Source: Azolla caroliniana
Taxonomy: Eukaryota > Plantae > Polypodiophyta
DNA: 14,347 nucleotides
Direction: 5' to 3'
Assembly (NCBI GenBank): GCA_043228905.1
Contig: JBHGNT010000876.1
Span: 1-14,347 of the forward strand
The translations under genes were made by a program, and so were the position numbers. The notes beneath the pieces are model-generated. The model worked only from the letters and a program-made list of their open reading frames with translations, made no database searches and was not told the DNA's origin. Of the stretch, positions 1-8,847 are shown in pieces. Position 1 is the stretch's first letter. Each line of letters begins with the position of its first letter.

Positions 1-628
1 ATCTAGTGATGTCTCTCATGGTTTTGTTGCTAGTAAGGAGTTCATGCATGCTAATACAAACTTCCAAGGTTTTTTTCTACTCATAAATGCTCAAACGAGA
101 TTACATTCCTCCACAACATTGTGAAAAAGAGCCTTCACATAATCAATGTATAATATACTGGGACTAGGAGCGTGTTGCAAAATCCACATTTACAAACCCA
201 TTGATAGGAATCTAGGATCTTTTTCTTTTTTCATTTTTTTTTTGTGGTGGGGGTTCTTCTGGTTAGCCCTAACAAACACAATTCATGAGAGAAAACGAAT
301 CAAACATAAACATAAATGAGAGTGTGTAGTAAATGAAGTTGGATCCTTATGAAACAATCATGATGGTTGGCATCAATGAGATTTTTAGAGTTCATTATTC
401 ATACTAGTTTAGTTGATTCTGCATCAAAATATTTTGCTACGTAAGCTTGAAACCTCAAATTTCAACGATTTTAATACACTGCAATAATCCTATTAGAAGT
501 GGGATACGTAATATGAGAATATTCCAACGGTTTCATGCTATGTTTCACTCCCAAATTATGGTTCTTTTCACTTTTCTCTTATAATACTCAAGAGTATGCA
601 CCAAAGCTAAGTATAAGCTAGAAATGGA

Positions 629-652
629 GTGTGTGTGTGTGTGTGTGTGTGT
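629..652. repeat. (GT)12 microsatellite
   Basis: Read directly from the sequence. Confidence 0.95.
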
Positions 653-1259
653 CTAACCCCCCTCTCCTAGGTTCATTAGAACCAACCCATCAAGTAACAA
701 GTCAGAAGTTCTCGCTTCTCCAATACCTTAAATTGTTCCTATGTCTACAATACAATACCTTATTCTCCTGCTTATTTGCATGCAAGAAACCAAACCTTCT
801 CTCTAGTAATACATTCAATTGATCTTGAACTGCTTTCATATAATATGAGGAGTGCCTTGCTCAGAACTTCTTAAGAGCATCATCTCCATCTTCCAAAGTC
901 CCTAAACCATGAACCCTTAACCATGAAAGACTGCAGAATAATTTAAAAACAAACCACCTCTGAATGGTTCATGGTGGTCAATGCATTCATCACTTGTATA
1001 GACAAAGGACCCATGTCAAAAGAACAATTCAGACAGAACATCCAGATTCTCATAAAGATAAAAATTTCATAAATGATGAGTTTCTTGATATATTCACTCA
1101 CGGACTAAAAAAGAATCCATATTTATATTTGAAGGGTAGTGTCACTTATTTCAAATGCAGTCTCAAAAGTTAACTAAACGGAGATGGTGGATACGGATAC
1201 ATTTCTGCATGTAGTATTAACTCAAAAGAGAGAGAATTTGATTTCACTGCTCGAACGCT

Positions 1260-1469
1260 TTAAGACTGCAAATATTTTTTAAACCAAGCTTCAAATCTTG
1301 ACCAAGCTAGGTTAACCGCAGCATCATTATGCGATCCAAATCCACATGCCTCCTTCCTCTTCTGGGCTTCTGGTGAACTATTGATGAATGCATGGCCCAC
1401 ACCTTCGTATATATGAACTTCATTATCCACCCCTGCTGCTTTGAGCTTTTCCTCCAATGCGTGTGCAGC
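1260..1469 (-). CDS. Dienelactone hydrolase gene, last coding exon (AAHALEEKLK...YEGVGHAF...AWSRFEAWFKKYLQS*)
   Basis: Acceptor TTTTCAG|GCT; catalytic His motif GHAF; TAA stop at 1262-1260. Spliced CDS is 726 nt = 241 aa plus stop, a typical size for plant DLH. Confidence 0.95.
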   Translation of the reverse strand, partial: AAHALEEKLKAAGVDNEVHIYEGVGHAFINSSPEAQKRKEACGFGSHNDAAVNLAWSRFEAWFKKYLQS

Positions 1470-1985
1470 CTGAAAATGAAAAGCATTTGATTGTGCATTA
1501 TTGCTCTGTATAACTAGGCGGGGACAAACACTACTATATCTTCTAATGTTTTCCAAAAATTAACAGCATTTCCCATCCATTTTTTGAATCAAACTTCATC
1601 AGAGCTTTTACTTACACATATTTAGCGATCTAATCCACACCCAAATAAGATTAATGAGTTATATTGGAAATTAATAAATTGATTAATTAACTAGGAATCG
1701 ATAGGCTGACTAATTTTTCAGCTTATTGATCACCATGGGCATGTTAATCTTGGAAAACAATTCCATACTTTAGAACCAAATTAATCACTGCTCAATTAAT
1801 CATTGATTAAATGGGATTGGTATTTTGGTACTCATAAAGAAAATTGACACAGCTATTCAAGTAATTTTTAAACACAGAGGGGTATCCCGGTAAATATGCA
1901 TAAAGCAAGGAATGTATTGATATGATTCCCCCACAAAACAATACGATTCAACCTAGACAGTGCAACAAAAATAACGAACACTTAC

Positions 1986-2177
1986 TTTAACATCAGAGAA
2001 ACCTTGAATATCGTCAAGCTCACCAAAGTGTGCTTGAACTGGAACCTTAACCTTTGAAACATCTGCTAAATCAGGTGATGGTGTACCGTAGAATGACACA
2101 GCAGCATCTACCTCGGGAATCAATACAGCACTTGCTATTGAGAGTGCTCCTCCCATGCAAAAACCCGTCACACCAAC
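1986..2177 (-). CDS. Dienelactone hydrolase gene, coding exon 4 (VGVTGFCMGG...HFGELDDIQGFSDVK)
   Basis: Contains the nucleophile elbow G-F-C-M-G-G and the catalytic Asp region HFGELD; acceptor GTGAAG|GTT, donor AAA|GTAAGT; 192 nt, phase 0-0. Confidence 0.95.
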
Positions 2178-2524
2178 CTTCACAACCATGAATGAATTCA
2201 AATCAGAATAAGAAAATTATAAAGTAAGTGTTTATTAGACTGTGTTTTGTGATCACTCCATTTAGAATCCCTTCACGATGTCTGAAATGTAGCCTGAGTT
2301 TTCTTGCCAGTCACATTTTGTAGATTTCCTTCATGTCCATCTTAATAAAATTAGGCTTTCCAAAATTTTCTGGGGTATTCTTTTAGAGCTTTTAAAACCT
2401 CTATTATCATGCACAAGTAAGCGGAGAAAGTTCTATCTATGCCAGCCCAGAATTGAATTGAACCCTCACAAATAATGATTCTCTAAAACAACTGACATAT
2501 GTAAAACATATGTGAGTCACAAAC

Positions 2525-2654
2525 CTTGGGAGATCCAGTTTCCTTTAACCATTTTACAGATTCAGCAATATCCTTGACAGCACCAGGCCAATCTAGGCTC
2601 TCCATCAAGTGCTGTGCTTCTGCTGCATCCAAACCAACCTTTCCACGGTACAAG
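2525..2654 (-). CDS. Dienelactone hydrolase gene, coding exon 3 (D-LYRGKVGLDAAEAQHLMESLDWPGAVKDIAESVKWLKETGSPK)
   Basis: Acceptor TTTGTAG|C; the split codon GA|C restores the conserved PDLYRG motif; donor AAG|GTTTGT at 2525/2524. Confidence 0.95.
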
Positions 2655-2748
2655 CTACAAATCATTCACAGTTAGAATGTGCAATTCATTGATAGAATAG
2701 AAAAATAAAAGGACCTATTCTTATATTTGGTAAAGATCAGCGTCATAC

Positions 2749-2885
2749 TCAGGAATAAGGGTACGGAACCCCTTGCTTGCAATCAATGCAGCATTGTTTT
2801 TCACTTCATAGTCAACTCCCCACCACTCTTGCAACACCACAATACCTGGGGCAGATTGGTTTCCTGAAACATACGCATCAAAAGT
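2749..2885 (-). CDS. Dienelactone hydrolase gene, coding exon 2 (TFDAYVSGNQSAPGIVVLQEWWGVDYEVKNNAALIASKGFRTLIP)
   Basis: Acceptor TTTGCAG|ACT at 2886/2885; donor GA|GTATGA at 2749/2748 (phase 2); carries the DLH hallmark PGIVVLQEWWG. Confidence 0.95.
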
Positions 2886-4443
2886 CTGCAAAGTGCAAAA
2901 ACGAATCAAAATGAAAATACTGCTCTGTCGATCTTTACAAAGTAAATATAGTTCTAAATTTAAACAGGATAAATGCCAGCAAAAGGCAAGAAGGTAGGAT
3001 GGAAATGTCGCAATGTCAACCTTTACAAACAAAACAAAAGAACTGAACAAAGGATATATAAATTTCAATTGAGCCTACACCACTCAGAGTGTCTACAGTA
3101 AAGGAAATCATATCTATCCCATGAATCTACATTGCCTTACAAAATTCTACAATTGAAATCCCCTGTTCCAAGTTCCCATTGAACCCTGAAACTTTTCCAA
3201 TGGTATAATATTGAGTCTCTTACATATCTCTACCTTGCTGTTATATTGCAAAGAAAGAAATTTATGATTTTCCATTACAATACATTGTGAAATCAAATCT
3301 ATCTTATCTAAAAGTTCCTACTTGGGAGCAGTGGTTATAATCTAAGTGTGTACAAAAAGGACCAACTATATTTAATCACTCTCATGTTTGCTACCTCACA
3401 CATAACTGAGGATCTTCCTCCAAAATGTGAGACATTATGTTCATTTTTCTGCCAAGCCATATGACCCTTTTCTTCCTAATCAGGGCCAAATTATAAATAT
3501 TTCCGATAAATACAAGGCTGACCTTTAGATCTGTTAAATAACTAAAAATACTCCAAATGTTTCCCCACCAGATGTATCTTCACTCAAAAACATCATAGAT
3601 CCATAAATGGTCAAAGGTAAGTAAGTGCACAATGTACATATCACCAGCGAGATTATATATCCATGCTTGTTTTCATACTGTTATTAGTTGCAACCATTTC
3701 CCTATATTCAGGGTCATACAATGATAGACTCCGTGTTAAATAAGAATGCAGGTTCATAGCTGAAAAATGCGAGTTCAAGGTTAAACATGCGATGCAGAAT
3801 CATAGGTGAAACAATCGATCTTTAGTTATTGACTTATAGCATTGTGGTATTGGCATGACTAGGAGCCAGTGGAGGCTAGGAATACTTGGTTTGCTAAATT
3901 AACTTGTTAATTATGTTGGACTAGATTGATCCCATGAGAAGACATGGAAGCTTTTATTACCCCAATATGCAGTCAGTAGAGAGCAATATGGATCTGAAAC
4001 CTCACAAATATTGGAATCCCAAAACGTGTAATTGTTAAAAATGGTCTATCTTTAAGAGTCCAACATAATAAGCTGACGCAAAGGAAGCAAACAGACATGG
4101 CGACCTCCATCAATTTTCTTCAAACAATTATTAGTCTAAATCAGCAGACAGTGCAGAAAAAGAAAAAGCATGAGGGTAGGCTAGCATAGATATTTTCATC
4201 GACCTTATCTGCAGATAAAACAAAAGAAAAGGAGAGAAAGACCGAAAAGAAGACAGTGCGGGCAGGAATGCGGAACTTCCACGGAATATTCTCCAGACAA
4301 GAAATGAATCCCCTAATTTACTCGACAGAGAGGAAACCCTAATGTCCAGAAACCCACTGACCTTCTGGAAACACGAATTACCCTAACTTACAGAGTGTGC
4401 AGGAGCCCTAATTTGCAGACACTAATGCTGATGCAGAGAGGCA

Positions 4444-4488
<45 letters not shown>

Positions 4489-4491
4489 TAC
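2886..4491 (-). other. Intron 1 of the DLH gene (1606 nt); other introns are 2655..2748, 2178..2524 and 1470..1985
   Basis: All four are GT...AG on the minus strand with phases that keep the frame. Confidence 0.85.
4444..4480. repeat. Compound (TG)6(GA)13 microsatellite at the start of DLH intron 1
   Basis: Read directly; reads (TC)n(CA)n on the gene's sense strand, 11 nt after the donor site. Confidence 0.95.
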
Positions 4492-4548
4492 CTCGTCTCC
4501 TCGCTTGATCTTGACTATCTGGAAGCTGCCATTTTCGGAGGTGGCCAT
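4492..4548 (-). CDS. Dienelactone hydrolase (carboxymethylenebutenolidase-like) gene, coding exon 1 (MATSENGSFQIVKIKRGDE)
   Basis: ATG at 4548-4546 in context TCCATGGC; 57 nt, phase 0; donor GAG|GTATAA at 4491. The peptide resembles the N-terminus of plant DLH proteins and joins in frame to TFDAYV. Confidence 0.85.
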
Positions 4549-4638
4549 GGATCTGATACGAAGGAAGGTAGAGAGCAGAAGAGACAATAAAAGCTCTGAC
4601 ACCCAACATACAGAAAAAGGAGAGAAGGAGGGGTATGG

Positions 4639-4648
4639 TATATAAATA
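4639..4648 (-). promoter_or_regulatory. TATA-like element upstream of the DLH gene
   Basis: TATTTATATA about 90-100 nt upstream of the ATG, flanked by pyrimidine-rich (Y-patch-like) sequence. Confidence 0.4.
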
Positions 4649-4740
4649 CATACCATATAGAGAAGAAGAGAGACAAAGGGGTATATGATGAGAATATGTA
4701 CACAGTACAACATACATGAAATGAAAGCTCATGACCATAA

Positions 4741-4764
4741 GAGAGAGAGAGAGAGAGAGAGAGA
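4741..4764. repeat. (GA)12 microsatellite upstream of the DLH gene (GAGA element)
   Basis: Read directly from the sequence. Confidence 0.95.
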
Positions 4765-5187
4765 TTCTATTATTGTCTTGGGAGGTCCAATATAACCCCC
4801 CCGTGAGACCGAAAATACTGCATTTCACGTAAAACTATCTGAAAAAGTGATTAGTGGCTCTCGATGTTCGAGAACTTTCACCGATGAATGTTGTGATAAG
4901 GAGTGCACACATTTTGGCCGCGACAGAATTTCGTGTGAGGATCGGGTTCGCTCGAAGATCCGTGGAACGCATGGTCGAATATATGATCCCAAGGCAGAGA
5001 GCATTGTATCGAAAGTATGATACTCGAGACTCTCGAACTTGTTTAGGGCAAAGTGTGCATATTCAACCACTCTCATCACTGTGTGCCCCCAACGCCCTGC
5101 CTCACATCGCAATGCATGTGAGCTATGTCTCGTGGAAGCAATGCTTCAAATGCCAGACAACAAGATGGGCTCTTATATGTATTTAAG

Positions 5188-5538
5188 TGTACAGTTTCTA
5201 TCAGAACCAAGGATAAAAGATAGAGTGATGGAAGAAGGATATTAGAGAACACGAGAAGAAAGGAACCAAATACTAAGAGAAGAATGGATGTATAAGATAG
5301 AGAAAGAAAGAGAATGGATACAAGATATGTAATGAGAGCTAAAGACTGGTGTTGATTCGAATTGATTTGAGAATACATGTATGCGCTTATTTATAGGTTC
5401 CTATAGAATAGCTTAGAGATTTCTAGAATGTTCTAGAATGTTCTAGACCTAGAATGCTCTAGGACATTCTAGAATAATCTAGAGTTTTTACAATAATCAA
5501 TGTAATATAAGAAGTAGCTTTTATTGTTTCATATAACA
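5188..5538 (-). mobile_element. Probable solo LTR of an LTR retrotransposon (~351 bp)
   Basis: TGT...ACA ends; flanks TTAAG (5183-5187) / ATAAG (5539-5543) give a 4/5 TSD; minus-strand CCTATAAATA TATA box (5397-5388); TTCTAGAATG tandem motifs on the U3 side; pyrimidine-rich R/U5 on the minus strand. The left boundary is less certain. Confidence 0.6.
5421..5484. repeat. (TTCTAGAATG)n / CTAG-rich tandem motif inside the solo LTR
   Basis: ttctagaatg ttctagaatg ttctaga cctagaatg ctctagg acattctagaa taatctagag. Confidence 0.8.
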
Positions 5539-5544
5539 ATAAGC

Positions 5545-5610
5545 TATCTTAATGGTTGAGGTTTTCAAGTATGAATTACAAGGTTCGAGGTTCAAGTCCG
5601 AGTGACGCCA
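5545..5610 (+). mobile_element. Degenerate tRNA-derived sequence (SINE head or tRNA pseudogene)
   Basis: Box A-like TATCTTAATGG (5545-5555) and box B GGTTCAAGTCC (5589-5599) at tRNA spacing (44 nt); ends in TGACGCCA; acceptor and anticodon stems do not pair. Confidence 0.5.
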
Positions 5611-5614
5611 TAAT

Positions 5615-6651
5615 GGTCATGTGTTCATGACAGTTTCCCCCCTCCATGAAGAATATGGTTTTGTAGTTAGGTTCATCATGTGTAGTATAATGTGTGAAGT
5701 GTGGACCTCTAGATTTATCCTATGGTTATGATACATTGGCGTTGTAAAAAGGTCTCATTTATAGAGGAATCTAGTGAATCATGCATCATGAAGCAAGTGT
5801 GTTGCATCCCATCTACCAAACCATTTTTCCATATCTTAAATCAAACCAGAACACAAAATTTTGCTTTAATGCATCTTTTGGATCTTTTTGTTTACTTCTC
5901 ATAGGATTCTAGAAAGTCGATGTGAGAAACTTTTTCGAACCTTAAGTATGTATTCAACAACCCTTTTCATGGTCATGATCTTAATGAGAAGTGATCCCAT
6001 CTCAATGGCGTTTGTTCCTTAACTTGAAGAAACCTTGTAAAGAAATGTTTTTGGACATTTTCAAACTCTTTCCAAATAGATTTAGGTATGTTATCATCCC
6101 ATACTTCCATCACATAGAGAAGCATAGGTGTCACCAAAGTGTCGAAAAGGTATTTCTTGAGGATCTAACACTTAATATCTCTATAATTGCATGTGTTCTC
6201 AAATGCATATTATGCTCACTTTCCTGCCTCTAAGTGGCGTGTAGCACATTCAATCCATCTATGATTTGAAGGAACTTCAAGGCTAAGATATTTAAAGCTT
6301 TCCACAAATTCAAGTGGCTCATTATTATACATAATGCATGGTTTATCTGTTTTTTTCCACAAGCATAATCTTTGTTTTAGAGCTATAGACACTTAATTTA
6401 GTATGCATGCAATTTTTTTCCAATGCCTTGCTTTTGTGCATCTTCTAAAGTGTTTGCAAGCATATATTCACTTGGTACTTCAAGTTCTTCCATTCGTCTC
6501 CAAACATGCTCACAAGGTACCATATCAAAAGCTTATTAAAAAGAAGCAACAATATAAACCTCCACATGTCAAGTGACTTTCCTCCATTAAGGGTTACAAG
6601 GTGATCAATGGTGCTATGTGTTTTCAAAAGCCAACTTATCCATAAGCTCTC
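5615..6651 (-). mobile_element. Degenerate LINE (non-LTR retrotransposon, RTE/L2-like) ORF2: reverse transcriptase and downstream region, 3' part
   Basis: Minus-strand translation across stops and frameshifts: AYG*VGF*KH/HSTIDHLVTL, LYCCF..AFDMVP, WRRMEELEVPSEYMLA, KLSVYSSKTKIMLV, EPLEFVESFKYLSL, KKYLFDTLVTPMLLYVMEVW, WKEFENVQKHF, KWFGRWDATH. These are LINE RT subdomain and thumb motifs. Confidence 0.9.
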
Positions 6652-7110
6652 TGTAAAGAATCGATGATGATTCTTGTGTAACGGAAAAGATGTGTGTTAT
6701 GTGTTGTGTGAGAGGAATTAGAGGAGAGATGAGAGAACACAAGATGGATAAGAGACAAAATGAAGTACTCAAGAAGAAGGAGATGTATATTAACAAGGAG
6801 AATATGATAAATGAAAATGTAACATTACAAGGAGTCACAACCGACTTAGTATGAAGTATGAGGAGGGTGCTTTATATAGAGTCACCCTCTCTCTTCATTA
6901 ACTTTATAACAACCACTCTCTCTCTTGGGGAATGTGAAGACTCATAGTCATGGGGAATATGTAACTCATTAGTTATGTGTCATAGAATATGATTTTATGA
7001 CACATAGTTAATGTGTAGAGAGTAGTGGTGTGACTCTTGATCTTTGAGTAATCATGGATTCTCAAAAAGTGTGTTCACACGTTGCATTATGTTGAGCTTG
7101 ATTCTCAACA
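6652..7110 (-). mobile_element. Solo LTR (459 bp) inserted into the LINE
   Basis: Ends TGTAAAGAATC...GATTCTCAACA (9/11 inverted match); perfect TSD CTCTC at 6647-6651 and 7111-7115; minus-strand TATATAAA at 6878-6871; 25-bp tandem duplication 6926-6975; no flanking PBS, PPT or internal domain. Confidence 0.9.
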
Positions 7111-7204
7111 CTCTCTTACAATTTTTTTCAACCCATGCACTTATCTTTGATTCCATTATACATCCAAATAGTTTTGCCATTAGGGAGCCAGCCATGATGG
7201 TTTG
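7111..7204 (-). mobile_element. Degenerate LINE ORF2, 5' continuation (RT N-terminal subdomains)
   Basis: Translates QTIMAGSLMAKLFGCIMESKISAWVEKNCKR and runs in frame into AYG*VGF* once the LTR and one TSD copy are removed. Confidence 0.85.
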
Positions 7205-8715
7205 AAAGCTTTTTGGATTGGAGAGAAAAAAGGATGGATCATGCCCTTATAACCAACTTTCAAAGGAGAAGAAGGAAATCTAATGGAACAATCAAAGATA
7301 TTGATAAGGAGACAAAGATGGAGGATTGCCACACAAAAAACGCGAGGGGTATGGATAGATTTAAGACGCAAAGACCAAAGGTAAGAGACAAATACCAACA
7401 AGGAAATGAAGAAAGAAGAAGAATGTCACGCTATTAGCCAGAGAGTGTTGATAGACTTGCTTCATTACTTGATATGACTTTGTGTGAAAGTTGCAGAGAA
7501 GGATAATTTTTACATGACTTGAAGAAAAATAATTACCCCCATGTATTGCAATTCATATTCAATATTCTTCCATGGCATTGCTAAATGATGTGCATCGAAA
7601 TTAGAATATCCTAGATTTTGATGGTTTTGTGCTTCATAGAAGTTGTCTTATGATCATGTGAAGATGTTACATATTCGGCATATCTATTAGATTGGACACA
7701 TCCATTCTGTAATTCATAAGAAGATATAGATGGGCGTGATAATGTAAGTGTTGTGTGAAATCTCCACCAAGAAGGGTGAGCAAACATGCATGCATTATTT
7801 TCACATACAAAGTTTTTACTAAGAAGGGGCCACATACAAGGTGATATATTTATTTGGTCCCAAATTTAGGTCAAATTTGGTGTCCTTGTGGACAATAAAA
7901 AATCTATTCTATTCTATATCTCCCTCTAGCTCTCCCACCACATCAATAAAACCATATTCCAAACACACTTGGCTAATTTACAAATTACCCCCAAAGCATT
8001 TCTTGCACCATCTTACAGGGCAGTTTAACTATTACAAGGCCAAACCTATTAGTCTTATCTTTATCCTATTAGTCTAATCTTTACTTTGTTAATTTACAAT
8101 TTATTTGTAGCCATCTTACTTAAGAGTGACTAATAGAACGTGTCACATCCACTGGTCATGTTCCGTTCTTCTCCAAAGAGACACCTATCACACTAACCAA
8201 AGGAAGGGTTGGAACAACTCCAAATTTTTTCATATTGTTGGATGACCAATGAATAGTTGCAACCAATCTTCAGCAAGTAAAAGAGCTTGACTGTTGATGA
8301 AGCTATTTATTTAGTAGACTCAAGCAGATGATTGTCACATTATTGTGTTGTTTCGAGTAAAACACTTCTTCGCATTTGAGCGAGGTACTTACAGCATTGT
8401 TCATGTCTAATCATGTTGAAGGATTACAAGTTCTTCCTCATTCTTCTTCTTCTAAACTCATATTACATACAGCTTATGAAACAAAATTGATCTCAAATCT
8501 ATTTTATATATCTTTCTGATCATGAAACTGACATGTATTTGTTAAGAGATGACGAGACTTTTTATATTGTATGTATTGTAGGAAGAAAACAATGGCAAAT
8601 CCACGGTTTGACACAGAATTTGGATAGATATTGAATGCACAAGTCCTATTTCTTTTATGCCCATATTAGTGTTTTTTTTCTTTTGTTTGTTTATCTTTCA
8701 ATGTCTCTATATTTT

Positions 8716-8721
8716 TTTATT
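8716..8721 (-). terminator. Candidate polyadenylation signal AATAAA for the DUF7138 gene
   Basis: AATAAA on the minus strand about 400 nt past the stop codon. Confidence 0.3.
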
Positions 8722-8847
8722 TGTTCATTCAGATTAGCGATTACGTTTTCCAGCATCCATAATTAGCTCTGTAGTAGATGTTAACCTTTTGTGGATGATA
8801 TATCATTAGAGTTATCATCCCTGAATATGAAGGACGATTCAGGTTCA

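Noticed and set aside
900-927. CCCTAAACCATGAA / CCCTTAACCATGAA 14-bp duplication as an interstitial telomere
   Set aside because: Only one true CCCTAAA unit; an ordinary short tandem duplication.
4388-4828. ORFs 4388..4828(-), 4515..4703(-) and the N-terminal extension of 4486..4713(-)
   Set aside because: They run through CT microsatellites and promoter sequence (SLSLSL tracts); only the last part, MATSENG...GDE, matches the hydrolase.
5199-5211. TATCAGAACCAAG as a tRNA-iMet primer-binding site (TGGTATCAGAGC-like)
   Set aside because: Lacks the TGG, lies inside the proposed LTR boundary and is on the wrong strand relative to the LTR's TATA box.
4825-5378. Overlapping ORFs of 68-110 aa upstream of DLH
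   Set aside because: No recognisable motifs; explained by locally higher GC and by the strand-biased LTR sequence.
5545-5610. Functional tRNA gene
   Set aside because: Acceptor and anticodon stems cannot form and the T-stem has mismatches; kept only as a tRNA-derived relic.
5722-6233. Plus-strand ORFs 5722..5904 and 5991..6233
   Set aside because: Antisense shadows of the degenerate LINE ORF2.
6614-6838. Hydrophobic 74-aa ORF resembling a membrane peptide
   Set aside because: Lies in the pyrimidine-rich R/U5 part of the solo LTR; composition artefact.
7205-7437. Purine-rich stretch with a basic 74-aa ORF (7213..7437 +)
   Set aside because: No assignable motif; probably another TE fragment adjoining the LINE, but this cannot be supported from sequence alone.
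7590-8110. AT-rich region with small hairpin (ccaaattt...aaatttgg ~7860-7880) and ORFs 7611..7835, 7841..8077
   Set aside because: Resembles decayed DNA-transposon ends, but no TIR pair, TSD or protein motif could be established.
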